Shown one piece after another: positions 41,933 through 52,900 of a DNA stretch of 64,000 bases. A program made the position numbers and the translations under genes. The notes below the pieces were generated by a model. That model had not been told where the DNA came from. It did no database searches and worked only from the letters and a program-made list of their open reading frames with translations. The DNA comes from Corallochytrium limacisporum Hawaii (Eukaryota; Protista; Pluriformea): NCBI GenBank assembly GCA_002811645.1, contig PDIP01000067.1, positions 54,550-118,549 on the forward strand. Direction: 5' to 3'. Each line of letters starts with the position of its first letter. Within the stretch, counting starts at the first letter, position 1.

Positions 41933-44689
41933 TCACGTCAGGCGTTGCCAATCCTCCCGCATTTGCGGGTAGAGCGCGATGAAAATGTTCCCAATATTTG
42001 TAGGGAACGCCTCCATGAGATCCGCTACCTCCGTCGACGGCTGCAACCCCATGCGCTCCACGAGAGCCTGGAAGGAGCGCAGTGTTTCGCTGATGCGCGG
42101 ATCGGTGTCGCACACGTCCGCCAAACGCTCAGCCAGGAGTTCCAGGGCAAACAGACGAGGAACTGCTTGCATCGCCACAAAGGACTGACGAGCACTCTCG
42201 ATGTATTCAAGTACGTCGTCGATCAAAGTCTCACGATTATGATCACCACCCTGTCCGTGTACTATCTCTGCCAAGTGCATGATTCCCAGGTCCGCATGCA
42301 ACATCCAGATCTCTCCATGGGACAGATGGTCATCGCAAGCAAGTAAACGCGGGGTGGCCAGGTCAAGCAGTGCCTGCGCCTCCTTGCGGTTACCCAGGCG
42401 GGCATGAATGCGCGCTTCGGCAACATGCAGTCCCGGAACTAGCGCCTCGAGCGCCCGTCCCTCCGCAATGCTCAGTCCGCGCCTGACCACGTCTAGGCCA
42501 GCAACGTGTGCCTCTGTGTGGCTCAGGATTTCCGCCTGCATGGCCAGAAGACCGCACTGTTGAAGAGGGTTCATGGACTCGCGTGTTGTTTTCATGGCTT
42601 CCCCTCCGGTGGGTTCGTTGCTGTCCCCCCCGCCGTGCGATCTCTGCAACAGACGGTCTAGGATCTCTGATGCCTCTGCATACTGTCCGTCCCAGAACTC
42701 AATTTCAGCGGCTAGTTGCCAGAGCACGTCGCCGCCGCCGGCGCTCAGCGACAGTCCAAAGCCACCGATCGAGCGCTGTGTCACGGCAGTGGCCAAAAAG
42801 CTGCGAGCTTCTTCCGTCTCTCCGCGGAGACAGAGGGCGCGGACTGTGAGGCGTGTCAAGCACTCGCACCACGGTTCGGCGAGGGCTGGTTCCGCCTCCG
42901 GAAAACGTTCACTCAGTCTACGCAGCAGAGCAAACGCCCGTAGGAAATCCGCACCGGCGAACCCATCGTAGACTCTCTCCAAGCTCGCCATCAGAGCAAC
43001 TGCAGGATTGACGCCATCTTTGCGGCGATGGTAGAGGGTAGTCAGAGACGCCTGTAGGAGAGCTTGGCTCACTGCCTCTCCACCGTATCCGAGGCGCCAG
43101 TGCCGCCAGCGGCTGGCCTGAGCTAGGAAAATAGCGTCCCCATCACGCACAGTGCTCACCGCCTCGACACTGGCACGGACAGTGACTGTGGCATATGCCT
43201 CAGATCGCTCTCCGCGCAATAGTGATGCATCGGCGGCCATGACGTGAGCCTCGACGGCCAGATCACGCGGATGTGCGAAGCCCACACTCTCACTCTCTGA
43301 AGCGCGCTCAAGGAATCGCTGGAGCATCCGCGCACGCACTCCGGTATCTGGAGAAAGTGATCCGAGCCAGAGCAACGCGCGGCTAAGAGCGGCTTCGTCA
43401 CCGACGTCCTGTGACGCCCGCACCGCCTCGCGGATGTACTGTTCTGCTTGCGTGGGTAATCCAAAGGCACTGAACGCTAGCGCCATGGCCAACAGAGCGT
43501 AGTGAATTGTTGCCTGTGCATGACTAGCAGTGGACAAAACTGTCGCGGGATTGAGCAGAAGGCGCGGATTTGGCTTTGATCCCAACATCCCGCCACTGGG
43601 AAGCATGCCCACACCTCCGGTGCCCGGGCCGGATCCGCCAACGAGAGCATTTCCAGTCGCGCCACCACTTCTGCCGGCGGCGTTCGCAATGTTCGCGCCT
43701 TGGCCAGCCGCAGAATGTGGTCCTTTGGCCCCACCTGGTCCCACAGAGGACGGTGATGCGAGGTCGAACATTCGGTGCAGTTCCTGGAGAGCGGTGTCCA
43801 TGTCTGTCCGACGGAGGGCGTCCAGGAAGGTCAGATACGAATCCCACGGGCTGAGGCACTGATCTGCGCGAGCCGTCAGTTCCACGGCTCGCTCTTCGGC
43901 ATCCTTTTCTGCGCCTTTGGCTCGTGACGGTGAGGTCAGGGAGGTTTGCAGCCGATGTGGGCTGCCGCTGCCACCTTCAGCCATGATCGCACGTTCAACG
44001 CGCTCACGAAGCAACGTCGACGGTTTTGGTCGACGCTGACTGCGAAGATGCAGAGCAGGGGTCACACGGCTCGGTAGCTGCGAACGGCGCACAACGGAGC
44101 TTAGGTCTGGGTTCGAATTCAGTGCCTCAAAGCTCCCTTCTTCCAGCTCTGGGAGATGCACAAAGACCTCTTTGACCCAAGCGGCGAGGTCAGCGCAGGC
44201 GTGTGTCAGGGTCTCAAAGCCAGCCGCTTGGTTGGCAAGGGCTAGGTACTCGATCACCAGGCCAAGAGACGCCGGAATTGTGTGTGAGGATTGCATGACA
44301 ACGTTCCCATCTTCGTCCACACCAGTGCTCTGGGTTGTCCATTGGGTCTTGATTTCTTTGATGGTTGTGATTGCCACCGTCTCACTCTTGCTGACCTCAT
44401 TGCATCGCGTGAGGAGGTTTCGCGCTTCCGTATTATGGCCCGTTTGGCCTAGAGATGCAACGATAGGCAGCAGTTCTCCACCCGATTTTGCTCCAACAAA
44501 AGCATCTATTCCATCTACATCCGCGGAAGTGAGTCGGTGTTTCTTGATCATATGCACCACTTGATGCGAAAAGTTGGGATCCTGAACTTGCAAAGCACGC
44601 AGAGCCAGCTCGGCAGCCACCAGGCACCCTGCAGTGAGCGTTACATCGTAACCGATTGACGATAGACCGAGTATATCTACGGACGGCAT
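41933..44689 (-). CDS. ANAPC5: Anaphase-promoting complex subunit 5
   Basis: YLTFLDALRRTDMDTALQELHRMFD and HYALLAMALAFSAFG...IREAVRASQDVGDEAALSRALLWL (Apc5 domain); TPR-like C-terminal half. Confidence 0.8.
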   Translation of the reverse strand: MPSVDILGLSSIGYDVTLTAGCLVAAELALRALQVQDPNFSHQVVHMIKKHRLTSADVDGIDAFVGAKSGGELLPIVASLGQTGHNTEARNLLTRCNEVSKSETVAITTIKEIKTQWTTQSTGVDEDGNVVMQSSHTIPASLGLVIEYLALANQAAGFETLTHACADLAAWVKEVFVHLPELEEGSFEALNSNPDLSSVVRRSQLPSRVTPALHLRSQRRPKPSTLLRERVERAIMAEGGSGSPHRLQTSLTSPSRAKGAEKDAEERAVELTARADQCLSPWDSYLTFLDALRRTDMDTALQELHRMFDLASPSSVGPGGAKGPHSAAGQGANIANAAGRSGGATGNALVGGSGPGTGGVGMLPSGGMLGSKPNPRLLLNPATVLSTASHAQATIHYALLAMALAFSAFGLPTQAEQYIREAVRASQDVGDEAALSRALLWLGSLSPDTGVRARMLQRFLERASESESVGFAHPRDLAVEAHVMAADASLLRGERSEAYATVTVRASVEAVSTVRDGDAIFLAQASRWRHWRLGYGGEAVSQALLQASLTTLYHRRKDGVNPAVALMASLERVYDGFAGADFLRAFALLRRLSERFPEAEPALAEPWCECLTRLTVRALCLRGETEEARSFLATAVTQRSIGGFGLSLSAGGGDVLWQLAAEIEFWDGQYAEASEILDRLLQRSHGGGDSNEPTGGEAMKTTRESMNPLQQCGLLAMQAEILSHTEAHVAGLDVVRRGLSIAEGRALEALVPGLHVAEARIHARLGNRKEAQALLDLATPRLLACDDHLSHGEIWMLHADLGIMHLAEIVHGQGGDHNRETLIDDVLEYIESARQSFVAMQAVPRLFALELLAERLADVCDTDPRISETLRSFQALVERMGLQPSTEVADLMEAFPTNIGNIFIALYPQMREDWQRLT

Positions 44690-45299
44690 AGCTGCAGTAA
44701 CACTTTGCTTCCCTCTGATACTCTCTCTATGTTTTGATTCCTCTGTGTATCATGGTTGCCTTTCAATCAACTCCAATCGCAAAGTGATGCAATCGATTTC
44801 CTTTCTCTCTACAGGATGGGTATTTCGTTCAATAATTTGGAACCTTTCTAGTAGACGAGAATTGCTTTCCTTTTGAAGTACCTGGAATGCGGAACGCAAG
44901 AGAATGAACAAAGGAGACAAGAACCCCAGCAGGTCTCAGGAGACAGATTGTCCGGGGTGTGCCAAATTGCGCGCGAACCCTTTGGTCTCGCAGCGCAGGT
45001 GATTTCTCTGCTCGCCCCTCCCCCCTGGGGAGGGAGAGGGGGAAGGGGAAGGGGAAGAGCAGCCTTTGGCCGGTTGAGACCCACTCTTGCCCTGTGGTGT
45101 GACCGATCACGGCGTCCGGGCGTTCATTCGAGCCTGTAACAGAATGGCTACTTCAAAAGAGATCCGTACTTGCTGTCGGCACAAGGTTCAGTAAGGCTTG
45201 ACGATCAACATAAACCATATATCAGATGTCTAGTGCGACCATAAAGAAAGACAACGGTAATGTAGTAGTCCTTTTGTTAAGCACTAGAGATTTGACTGT

Positions 45300-47786
45300 A
45301 TGCCAGTGCCGAGGGTCCAACCGGGTCCTGGTCCGGTCCCTCCGGGCTGGAATCTGCACTTCCCCGGAACATCATGGGATGAGTTTGAGCACAGTGCCAT
45401 CATTGAAGAGTTCAGAGTCTTCTTCAGGGCCAATCGGGAGGCTCTGCTAGATTCCGAGACTGTGGAGCAGACAAGTGTGGTCACGATTGAGTACGACGAA
45501 CTGATTGAAGGCATGCGCAATGCTTGTCCAGAATTCCGCTTGATTCTGCACGATAATGCTGGAGTCATCCTGCCCTGTATGGCGCTGGCCGCGTTCGGGG
45601 AATTCTACGGTGAGGATGCTGGGACGATGGCAGGCGATCCTCACACACGACCGTTCTGGGTTCGTCTGCTGAATGTCAATCCACAGGTGAGCATGCGATC
45701 TCTCAAGGCGTCCCAGATCGGCAAGTTCATTTCGATCAAAGGCACTGTAGTGCGCGTGGGTAGTGTGAAGCCGCAGGTATTATGTCTGGCCTTTTTGTGC
45801 AACACTTGCTGCGAGCAGCAGATCCTTTACGTCAAGGAAGGGAAGTACGACAGTCCTACCAGCTGTCCAACGCAGGGCTGCCAAAGCCGAAACTTCACAC
45901 TTGACCGCAGCGGCATCTCGACTGTCACGCAGGACTGGCAACGCATTCGCATCCAGGAGATCATCGGTGATGGAGACACGGACACTAGTGAATCCATGGA
46001 CGAGGCAGGTCGCATCCCACGTTTGCTCGACTGTGAGCTCATGGCCGATCTTGTTGGTGCTTGCGTGCCGGGTGATGTGATCACAGTGGCTGGTGAGATG
46101 AAAGTGTCGAATCAGGACATGGGATCAATTGGAGGCACAGGTGGGGGTGGAAAAGGCGGAGGTGGAGGTAAAGTCAGCGCTGGTTCGGGTGCGAATCCGC
46201 TCTACTCGCTATACCTTGACGCCAACTCCCTGACCAACACCAAGAGGTCACAGGGCCAAACGGACTTTGCCGAGTTTACCATTGACGAATGTTACGGTAT
46301 CCGGCGCCTGCAGGCCACCCCCAATCTGCTGCAATTGCTTGTACACTCACTCTGTCCTTCCATCTATGGCCTTGAACTCGTGAAATTGGGCATGCTTCTG
46401 ACTATTTTCGGCGGTTGCGGGCGGAACCAGAAGACTCGAAATGGTACAACGGTGCGCGGGGATCCTCATTGTCTCATTGTCGGTGATCCTGGACTGGGCA
46501 AATCGCAGATGCTCCGTGCAGTCCACAGTCTGAGCAACCGTGGTGTATACGTCAGTGGCAACACAGCCACTACCGCGGGCCTGACGGTGACGCTAGTGCG
46601 TGACCTGACCAGCGGTGACTATGCACTGGAAGCCGGTGCGCTAGTTCTCGCAGATCAGGGCCTGTGTTGCATTGACGAGTTCGACAAAATGGGGAAGGAC
46701 CATAAGGCCCTGCTGGAGGCCATGGAGCAGCAGCAGGTAAGTGTGGCGAAGGCTGGAATTGTCTCGACCCTGCCGGCCAGGGCGAGCATCATCGCAGCAG
46801 CGAACCCGATCGGGGGCCACTACAATCAAACCAAGACCGTGGCTGAGAACTTGAAAATGAGTGCGCCCCTTTTGAGCCGGTTTGATCTCATCTTCATCAT
46901 TCTCGACCGACCGGACGCGCAAATGGACGATCTTTTGGCGCGTCACGTGTTGAACGCACGCAAGAGCGCTGTATCTTTTCTGCAACAGAAACGTCGGCGC
47001 CTGGGCCAGGCACGTGGCCAGAGTCCACGGTATTCACAGTCTAGGGGTAGTTGCAGCGGTAACGGAGCACTCAACAACACACCATCTGGTGCAGCCAATG
47101 CCGTAGCTCGCAGCACCCCTGTCTCCACCACTGGCCACCAAGAGCTTAGCACCCAACAGACGCCGGCCCTGCGGTCACTGCTAGACCGCATCCGTCTGCC
47201 CAAGGACCAATGGACCACGATGGACCCCGTGCCCCAGTCCCTTCTCCGCAAGTATATTGCCTATGCACGGAACTATGTCTTCCCAAAACTTTCCCGCGCC
47301 GCATCGGAGGTCTTTGCACAATTTTACCTTGAGCTTAGGGCGAAGACATTGGGCCCCGACATGACACCAGTCACCACACGGCAATTGGAGTCGCTGATCC
47401 GTCTCGGAGAGGCAAGGGCGCGCGTCGAATTACGCACCGACGTAACTCAGCAAGATGCTGAGGACGTAGTGGAGCTCATGCGCAGCTGTCTTCGTGATGT
47501 GCTGGGCGACGATGCGCCTGGAGCTGCACCGACTCCGAAGTCCTTCGAAATCGCTTCTGGTAGGGCCAAGGGCGCCGGAGCCATCAAAAAACTAGTCTCA
47601 GCGATGATGCGGCGGGCCGAGGTAAAAGGCAGCAGTGTGTTTTGGAAGAGAGAGATCCAAGAGCTGGCCACTGGAATTGGAATCAATCCACTGGAGTTCC
47701 ACCAAGTCCTGGACCGTATGAACAACCACGGTTTTGTACTAAAACGCGGTAAGGATCAGTTCAAGCTTACGAATGCGGACTACTGA
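45300..47786 (+). CDS. MCM8: MCM8 helicase
   Basis: N-terminal GWNLHF, Zn finger CNTC..CPTQGC, Walker A GDPGLGKSQ, IDEFDKM, LSRFDL, TTRQLESLIRL, EAGRIPR. Confidence 0.9.
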   Translation: MPVPRVQPGPGPVPPGWNLHFPGTSWDEFEHSAIIEEFRVFFRANREALLDSETVEQTSVVTIEYDELIEGMRNACPEFRLILHDNAGVILPCMALAAFGEFYGEDAGTMAGDPHTRPFWVRLLNVNPQVSMRSLKASQIGKFISIKGTVVRVGSVKPQVLCLAFLCNTCCEQQILYVKEGKYDSPTSCPTQGCQSRNFTLDRSGISTVTQDWQRIRIQEIIGDGDTDTSESMDEAGRIPRLLDCELMADLVGACVPGDVITVAGEMKVSNQDMGSIGGTGGGGKGGGGGKVSAGSGANPLYSLYLDANSLTNTKRSQGQTDFAEFTIDECYGIRRLQATPNLLQLLVHSLCPSIYGLELVKLGMLLTIFGGCGRNQKTRNGTTVRGDPHCLIVGDPGLGKSQMLRAVHSLSNRGVYVSGNTATTAGLTVTLVRDLTSGDYALEAGALVLADQGLCCIDEFDKMGKDHKALLEAMEQQQVSVAKAGIVSTLPARASIIAAANPIGGHYNQTKTVAENLKMSAPLLSRFDLIFIILDRPDAQMDDLLARHVLNARKSAVSFLQQKRRRLGQARGQSPRYSQSRGSCSGNGALNNTPSGAANAVARSTPVSTTGHQELSTQQTPALRSLLDRIRLPKDQWTTMDPVPQSLLRKYIAYARNYVFPKLSRAASEVFAQFYLELRAKTLGPDMTPVTTRQLESLIRLGEARARVELRTDVTQQDAEDVVELMRSCLRDVLGDDAPGAAPTPKSFEIASGRAKGAGAIKKLVSAMMRRAEVKGSSVFWKREIQELATGIGINPLEFHQVLDRMNNHGFVLKRGKDQFKLTNADY

Positions 47787-47968
47787 AACCATCAGAGGTT
47801 GGACGTGTTGTGGTGACCGTATTTTGACCTACATGAATCAATGAATATATTTGAAACACCCGTAAACCTGAAGCGATCCGGGTCCACGCAACTCCAACCG
47901 TCCTTGACCTGGTACACTCATAGCGCTTCTATTTCGTTCGTGTTGCAGGTATCGTTCTGCGCAAAAGG

Positions 47969-49411
47969 TCATGGCTGTACCACCACAAACGGCACGTCCC
48001 CAGCCTCCGCAAACGCAGCTTCGTGGAGCATGCGGTATGTATCCGCGCCCGTCATGGTCGAGGCGCGATAGTCTGGGACAGTCGTTCCTGCCATTCCCGG
48101 GCGAGACTCCAGGTTCGTCCGCAGGGTCGGCAGCGCTTTCGAAAGGAGCTGTTCTTTGACACTCCGTCGCCAACGCATGAGGTCGTGCTCGTGCGTGAGA
48201 GTCAGCAGCGTCACGAGCTCGGAAGGCGAATCAAACCCAATAATCCGCTCGCCCGTTGATGTCACAGTTGGTTCGGGCTCCAACATACCACCGTCCCATG
48301 TTGCGGTGAAGGAGTCGGTGGGATTTGTGTCTGGACCAGGGTTTGGATTTTCACCTACGTCGTCTCTTCGCACCACCGCCGTGCCATCTGCGCCCGAGTG
48401 CCAGCACTGCGTCGCATGGATCACGGACGGCGGCAGCCATCCCTCTGTCACGCCTCCTGCCTCGCCCACAACTCCCCGCAGCACGCCCTGTGCCGTCGGA
48501 TACAAATCATCAGCTCGTGCTCCCAGCCCTAGACTGCGCGTGACCTGGGCCATGCTGCACGCTAACTGGCAACGCAGTAAAGTCAAACGCTTCAGAGTTT
48601 CCTTTAGCGCCGGGTTCGGGTTGCCAGCCTGGCGCAGGCGCTCCATAAGGGCCCGTGCCAGTGCTTTGTACGCCTTTTTCACAGCGTTGAGCTGTGTGAT
48701 CACTGATCTCTTTACCTCTGCAATTGTTAGCAAGCCCAGATCGCCCACGGATTCCCCCCCGACCGGATCAGCTGCAGCGCGGTGTCTTTCGTCCGTTTGC
48801 GCCCGAAGAATCAGTTGGCGATGCAGGGCCATAATGGTGCCGTAGAGGCGCTGGCGGGACTCTGCATAACCCTTTGGCAGCCCTCGTAATTCAAAAATGG
48901 CGTGGGGCTGTGTGGGTGCTGTCTTTGCTGACGCTGCCGGAGACGGCTGCTCCATTCTCGGAACCGCTGCTGATTGTGAAGCGGAGGCCAGGGATCCTCG
49001 CGATCCTCTGCGGGTTTGCTTCGATTCTGAAATCGGTGTGGTACCGCTGGTTTTACCACCAGGTCCCCTCGGTGTGGGCCTTTTTGATCCTGTTGACCCG
49101 GCCGATTTCGCGCCTGTTGCATGTGTCCGGCCCGGTGTTGCCCTTGGAGAGACCTTTGAGGTGGGATTCTCCCTTGTAAGCCGTGCGCGCCGTAGAGCGT
49201 CCGCGATCGCTGCCTCTTCCTGCTCCACTGCCACTGTTGCTGCCTGTTCCGTAGCCTGCAAGGCCTTGTCGTGGCGCTTTTCCGCCTCTCTTCGGGCCTT
49301 GATCCGCTCAAGAATTTCCTCCAAGACAGCCAAGCTCACACGCTGTTGTCGGTGCAGGGCCCTGACATTTTCAAGAGTATGTCGACCTCTGCACTCAAAC
49401 TCTCGGTCCAT
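47969..49411 (-). CDS. TEDC2: Putative tubulin epsilon/delta complex protein 2 (TEDC2/C16orf59)-like protein
   Basis: 480 aa; IADALRRARLTR, basic low-complexity linker, LRGLPKGY, and C-terminal FDSPSELVTLLTL...LLSKALPTL...YRMLHEAAFAEAG resemble blocks I recall from animal TEDC2. Confidence 0.55.
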   Translation of the reverse strand: MDREFECRGRHTLENVRALHRQQRVSLAVLEEILERIKARREAEKRHDKALQATEQAATVAVEQEEAAIADALRRARLTRENPTSKVSPRATPGRTHATGAKSAGSTGSKRPTPRGPGGKTSGTTPISESKQTRRGSRGSLASASQSAAVPRMEQPSPAASAKTAPTQPHAIFELRGLPKGYAESRQRLYGTIMALHRQLILRAQTDERHRAAADPVGGESVGDLGLLTIAEVKRSVITQLNAVKKAYKALARALMERLRQAGNPNPALKETLKRLTLLRCQLACSMAQVTRSLGLGARADDLYPTAQGVLRGVVGEAGGVTEGWLPPSVIHATQCWHSGADGTAVVRRDDVGENPNPGPDTNPTDSFTATWDGGMLEPEPTVTSTGERIIGFDSPSELVTLLTLTHEHDLMRWRRSVKEQLLSKALPTLRTNLESRPGMAGTTVPDYRASTMTGADTYRMLHEAAFAEAGDVPFVVVQP

Positions 49412-50638
49412 GTTTTCTATTCTTCGTTCTAGATCTCTCTATGCACAGTGCTTTGCATGATCTGTGGTGACGGTCCTATAGCGGTGTAGTATGGCCCGTG
49501 AACGGCTCTTGCTGGTGCATATCTTCAGTTCCTCCGAGCTCTGGTCGAAGGTATGTTTCTGGAACTTAAAATTGAATGGAATGCGTATAATATCCATATA
49601 ATTTGTTATCTCCTCCGACAGCCATGAACCGTAGGGAACGTGCCACGGGACATCGTGTCTCCTTCGCGCCCAAATAGCCACACATTGCACACAACACAGC
49701 CCCCCCCCCCCCGGGGGATCGCGACCGCTCGGGTTTTGAAGGGGCACCAGGGCTTGGAGGAGAGAGACCACCCCCTTTTCCAAAACTGTGGGACTCTCCC
49801 CTTCACCTGGCGCAGAGTGCGGCCAGCCCGCGTATCCAAACTGCCCAATGTGTCATCAAAGTCTTCGGGCACACAAAGCGAGGGGAGGGTGAGGGGGGGT
49901 TAGGGGAGTGCGGGACCAGCACAGTCAAAGAAAAGAGGAGTTCGGTACCACACAACCCCGGGAAGAAGAGAGGGTGGGGGTGGGCGGGAGTGCCACCAGC
50001 TCCCTATGGCCAAGAACGGTGATTCAAAAACACCCCTTCTGCGCACCACCAGCGGCCCAAAAAAAAAAAAAAAACGGTTGTCATTTTCTTTCCTTCGGCC
50101 TCCCCCCCCCCGGACGGTCGGAAAGCTGAGGTCAGGTGGCAACCCAGGGGGCAAGCGAAGAAAACCAAAGGGAATTGGTGAACACACGCTTTCGCTGAGA
50201 GGGAGCGAGAGACAGAGACAGAGAGATAGAGAGAGAGAGAGGGGGAGGGTAAAGAGAAGGGAAGGGGAAGAGGAATTGTGAGAGAGCGAGAGTTTGGGTT
50301 CTAGAAAGGGACTTGACCGGTGTCATGTGTCCGAGCGGGAGTGGAGGGTTAGGTGACAGGTGGAGGGTACGGTTGCTGTGCGCATGACCCACTGGAATTC
50401 TGTCATGTCCTTTGGATGAGAAAAAAATTGAACATCATGTTATGGATCACACTGCAACGGAACACATAAGTGTGGGCACTCCTGACCATGGTGATGATTT
50501 GAACAATAGAGATTTTCTTAACGAATGAATGCATGTATGACAAAGTAAATTAACCCAAATACAAAAAGGCAAGGAAACTGTTTTTCAAACAAAAGTAATC
50601 AAACACATGAGCTCAATCACCTTCAGGGCCGGCAGACA

Positions 50639-51997
50639 TCAGCTTTTGCTGCCGGAGCGGCGCCTTGATGCGGTTACTTCTACTTCCTTGACCTTTCTCT
50701 GAAGTGCCATGACCTTCGCGTTCAGCTGCTTGATTGTCTGATCACGCTTCTCCAGGGCAGACCTGGTGTCTTCCAATTCCTTCTGGAGGTTGGAGATGTA
50801 CTCTTTCTTGCGAGCACGGGCGAGTCGTGCAGCCACACGATCCTTCTCCATCTTGATGGCCTTACGGCGAGCCTTCTCCGCGGCAATGCGCTGCTTCTCC
50901 TCCTCTGTAAGGTTTGGCTGTTTGCGACGGGTCCACTTCTTCTTCGGCTTCATTCCGCCGGGAATTGACGTGGTAGCGGCACCGACCGCAGCGGCAGCGG
51001 CCTGTGCAGCTGCGGACTTTGGTGGGCGGCCGCGGCGCTTCTTCATCGCTGGTGCAACCATGCCGACATCGTCGTCCATACCGGCAGACGCCTCAGTTGG
51101 AGAGCCAACGGTGACGACGGACGGCTGCAACTGTCCCGCAGCGATTGCGGCCTTGACATCATGAGATTCACCTGCGGCAGACGCCGCGGCAGCCGCCTGT
51201 GCGGCAGCACTGGCGTGGTGGCCAAGGTTGCTGAGCGGACCACCGGCACCACCGTGCTGCTGCTGTGCGGCAGGATGCTCATGGAAAAGATTGTTGTCAT
51301 TGTAAGCGTATTCATGCATCTGTTCACTGTGCTCGTTGGCATTGCCGCCAAAGATGTCGCCAGCCAGGATGCTGTTAATGTCGGATTCGATCGTGTCGCG
51401 GCTTCCATGCTCCCACATCATGTTCTCGCCAAACGGCAGATGGGAATAGGCATAGTGCCCGCTGTTGGGATGCTCACCAAAGCCACCGGTGCTGTGACGA
51501 TGCGCAAAGGTGCCCATGTTGTTGTCGTCTTCGTTGGGGCCTCGGTTGTTGCCGTTGCCTGGATGGCCTCCAGCGATGTCTAGGAGTTGACTAGAGCTGT
51601 GGTGTCCGGATGCAGCCGTTGCACTGGCCCTGTGGCCGTGTAACTGATGGAAGGGGACAGGCACCGCGGTTGTGGAATCCTTGGTGCTCGTACTGCCTGC
51701 GGAGCCGGGATTCAGAGCACTTGATCCCGTCGCTGCTGCTGTGAGGGCGGCCTGATGCTGAGATGAGTGTGACGCGCGACTGAGTTCGTTGCTTTGCAAG
51801 CCGTCAGGGACCACCAGGTCGTCGTCCAAGAGATGCAGTTCGTTGTAATCAAACAACCCCTTGTTGTTTGGCTGCGCCTCCTTTTGCTTTGTATCCGGAA
51901 TGTTGTCGGTGTTGTTGGTAAAGTTGCTGTTCACGGATCCGCTTTCCAGTTGAGTGTTTGGTAGATGATCGAGACCGTAAAGTTGGTCGCCGTTCAT
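50639..51997 (-). CDS. bZIP transcription factor with AT-hook
   Basis: KKRRGRPPK AT-hook; basic region RRKAIKMEKDRVAARLARARKKEYISNL followed by a heptad coiled coil. Confidence 0.85.
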   Translation of the reverse strand: MNGDQLYGLDHLPNTQLESGSVNSNFTNNTDNIPDTKQKEAQPNNKGLFDYNELHLLDDDLVVPDGLQSNELSRASHSSQHQAALTAAATGSSALNPGSAGSTSTKDSTTAVPVPFHQLHGHRASATAASGHHSSSQLLDIAGGHPGNGNNRGPNEDDNNMGTFAHRHSTGGFGEHPNSGHYAYSHLPFGENMMWEHGSRDTIESDINSILAGDIFGGNANEHSEQMHEYAYNDNNLFHEHPAAQQQHGGAGGPLSNLGHHASAAAQAAAAASAAGESHDVKAAIAAGQLQPSVVTVGSPTEASAGMDDDVGMVAPAMKKRRGRPPKSAAAQAAAAAVGAATTSIPGGMKPKKKWTRRKQPNLTEEEKQRIAAEKARRKAIKMEKDRVAARLARARKKEYISNLQKELEDTRSALEKRDQTIKQLNAKVMALQRKVKEVEVTASRRRSGSKS

Positions 51998-52628
51998 AAC
52001 AGATTACAATTAAACACTCCGTTGTCCGGAAGTACGTTGTCGGATGATACCCGATCTGTGTTTCAAAAATACGTGACTTTCGCGGATGAGGGCGCTGTCA
52101 CGTAGTGTTTCGTTCTTTACTGTTCTTGCTTTTGATCTCTGCTTGGTTTTAGTACCAATTAAAGTTCCTGTCTTAGCACAGAGCGCACCTTTTCTTTGCA
52201 ACAGTTGCGTTTAAATTTTTCCTTCTTAATTCTTTACCCAATGTCGAAGAGACTTCATTAAAGGCTTGGAACGTCTTATAGCTGATGTTGAACTTGACTT
52301 CTAAGAATATGATTTACACTTAGTACCTCTGTCCTCTTGCATTTCTACCTTTTTGGGTCCCTTAAGAAGACTTAACTTCGCCGTTCATCCTTGTACGTGT
52401 TCCTATGTTTCCCTATCACCACACACCGACGGGCTGAAACCATTCGGATCTCCCCATTATTGATGCCAATTAGTTGTCTAGAGGCACCGCCATTCGGTGG
52501 TGGGGGGTTCACGCTTGATTATCATCCTGATATGTGCACCCCAGTGGCGGGCAGCCAAGCAAGTCAGTATGCGAAAGGGACAATACACTGGCATAGTTGT
52601 TAGAGGCAGATGTTAATGTTAAAGGGAG

Positions 52629-52716
52629 CTTCATTCTTAATTTCCCAGCTGCCCGGTTACAACCACTCTTCAGACAAATGGAACCATCTTTGCTCCAGAA
52701 CCCGCCCTTTCCCCCC
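52629..52716 (+). repeat. 88-bp dispersed repeat, copy B
   Basis: Identical to 39132-39219. Confidence 0.9.
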
Positions 52717-52900
52717 TCCCCCCTCCCCCTTCCTCCAGGCTATTCTGGCGTTACCCCCCTCCCCTTTTCCCCTTTTCCCCACGCCTCAGCTCCGAAGTTT
52801 CGGTACTTTCACTATCCAGCCGAGTGCAGCAAAGGAGAGCGGGGAAGACCAGGCGCAGAGAATTCGGGGGGAGGGGGGGGGGGGGTGGGGGCAAAGAAAA

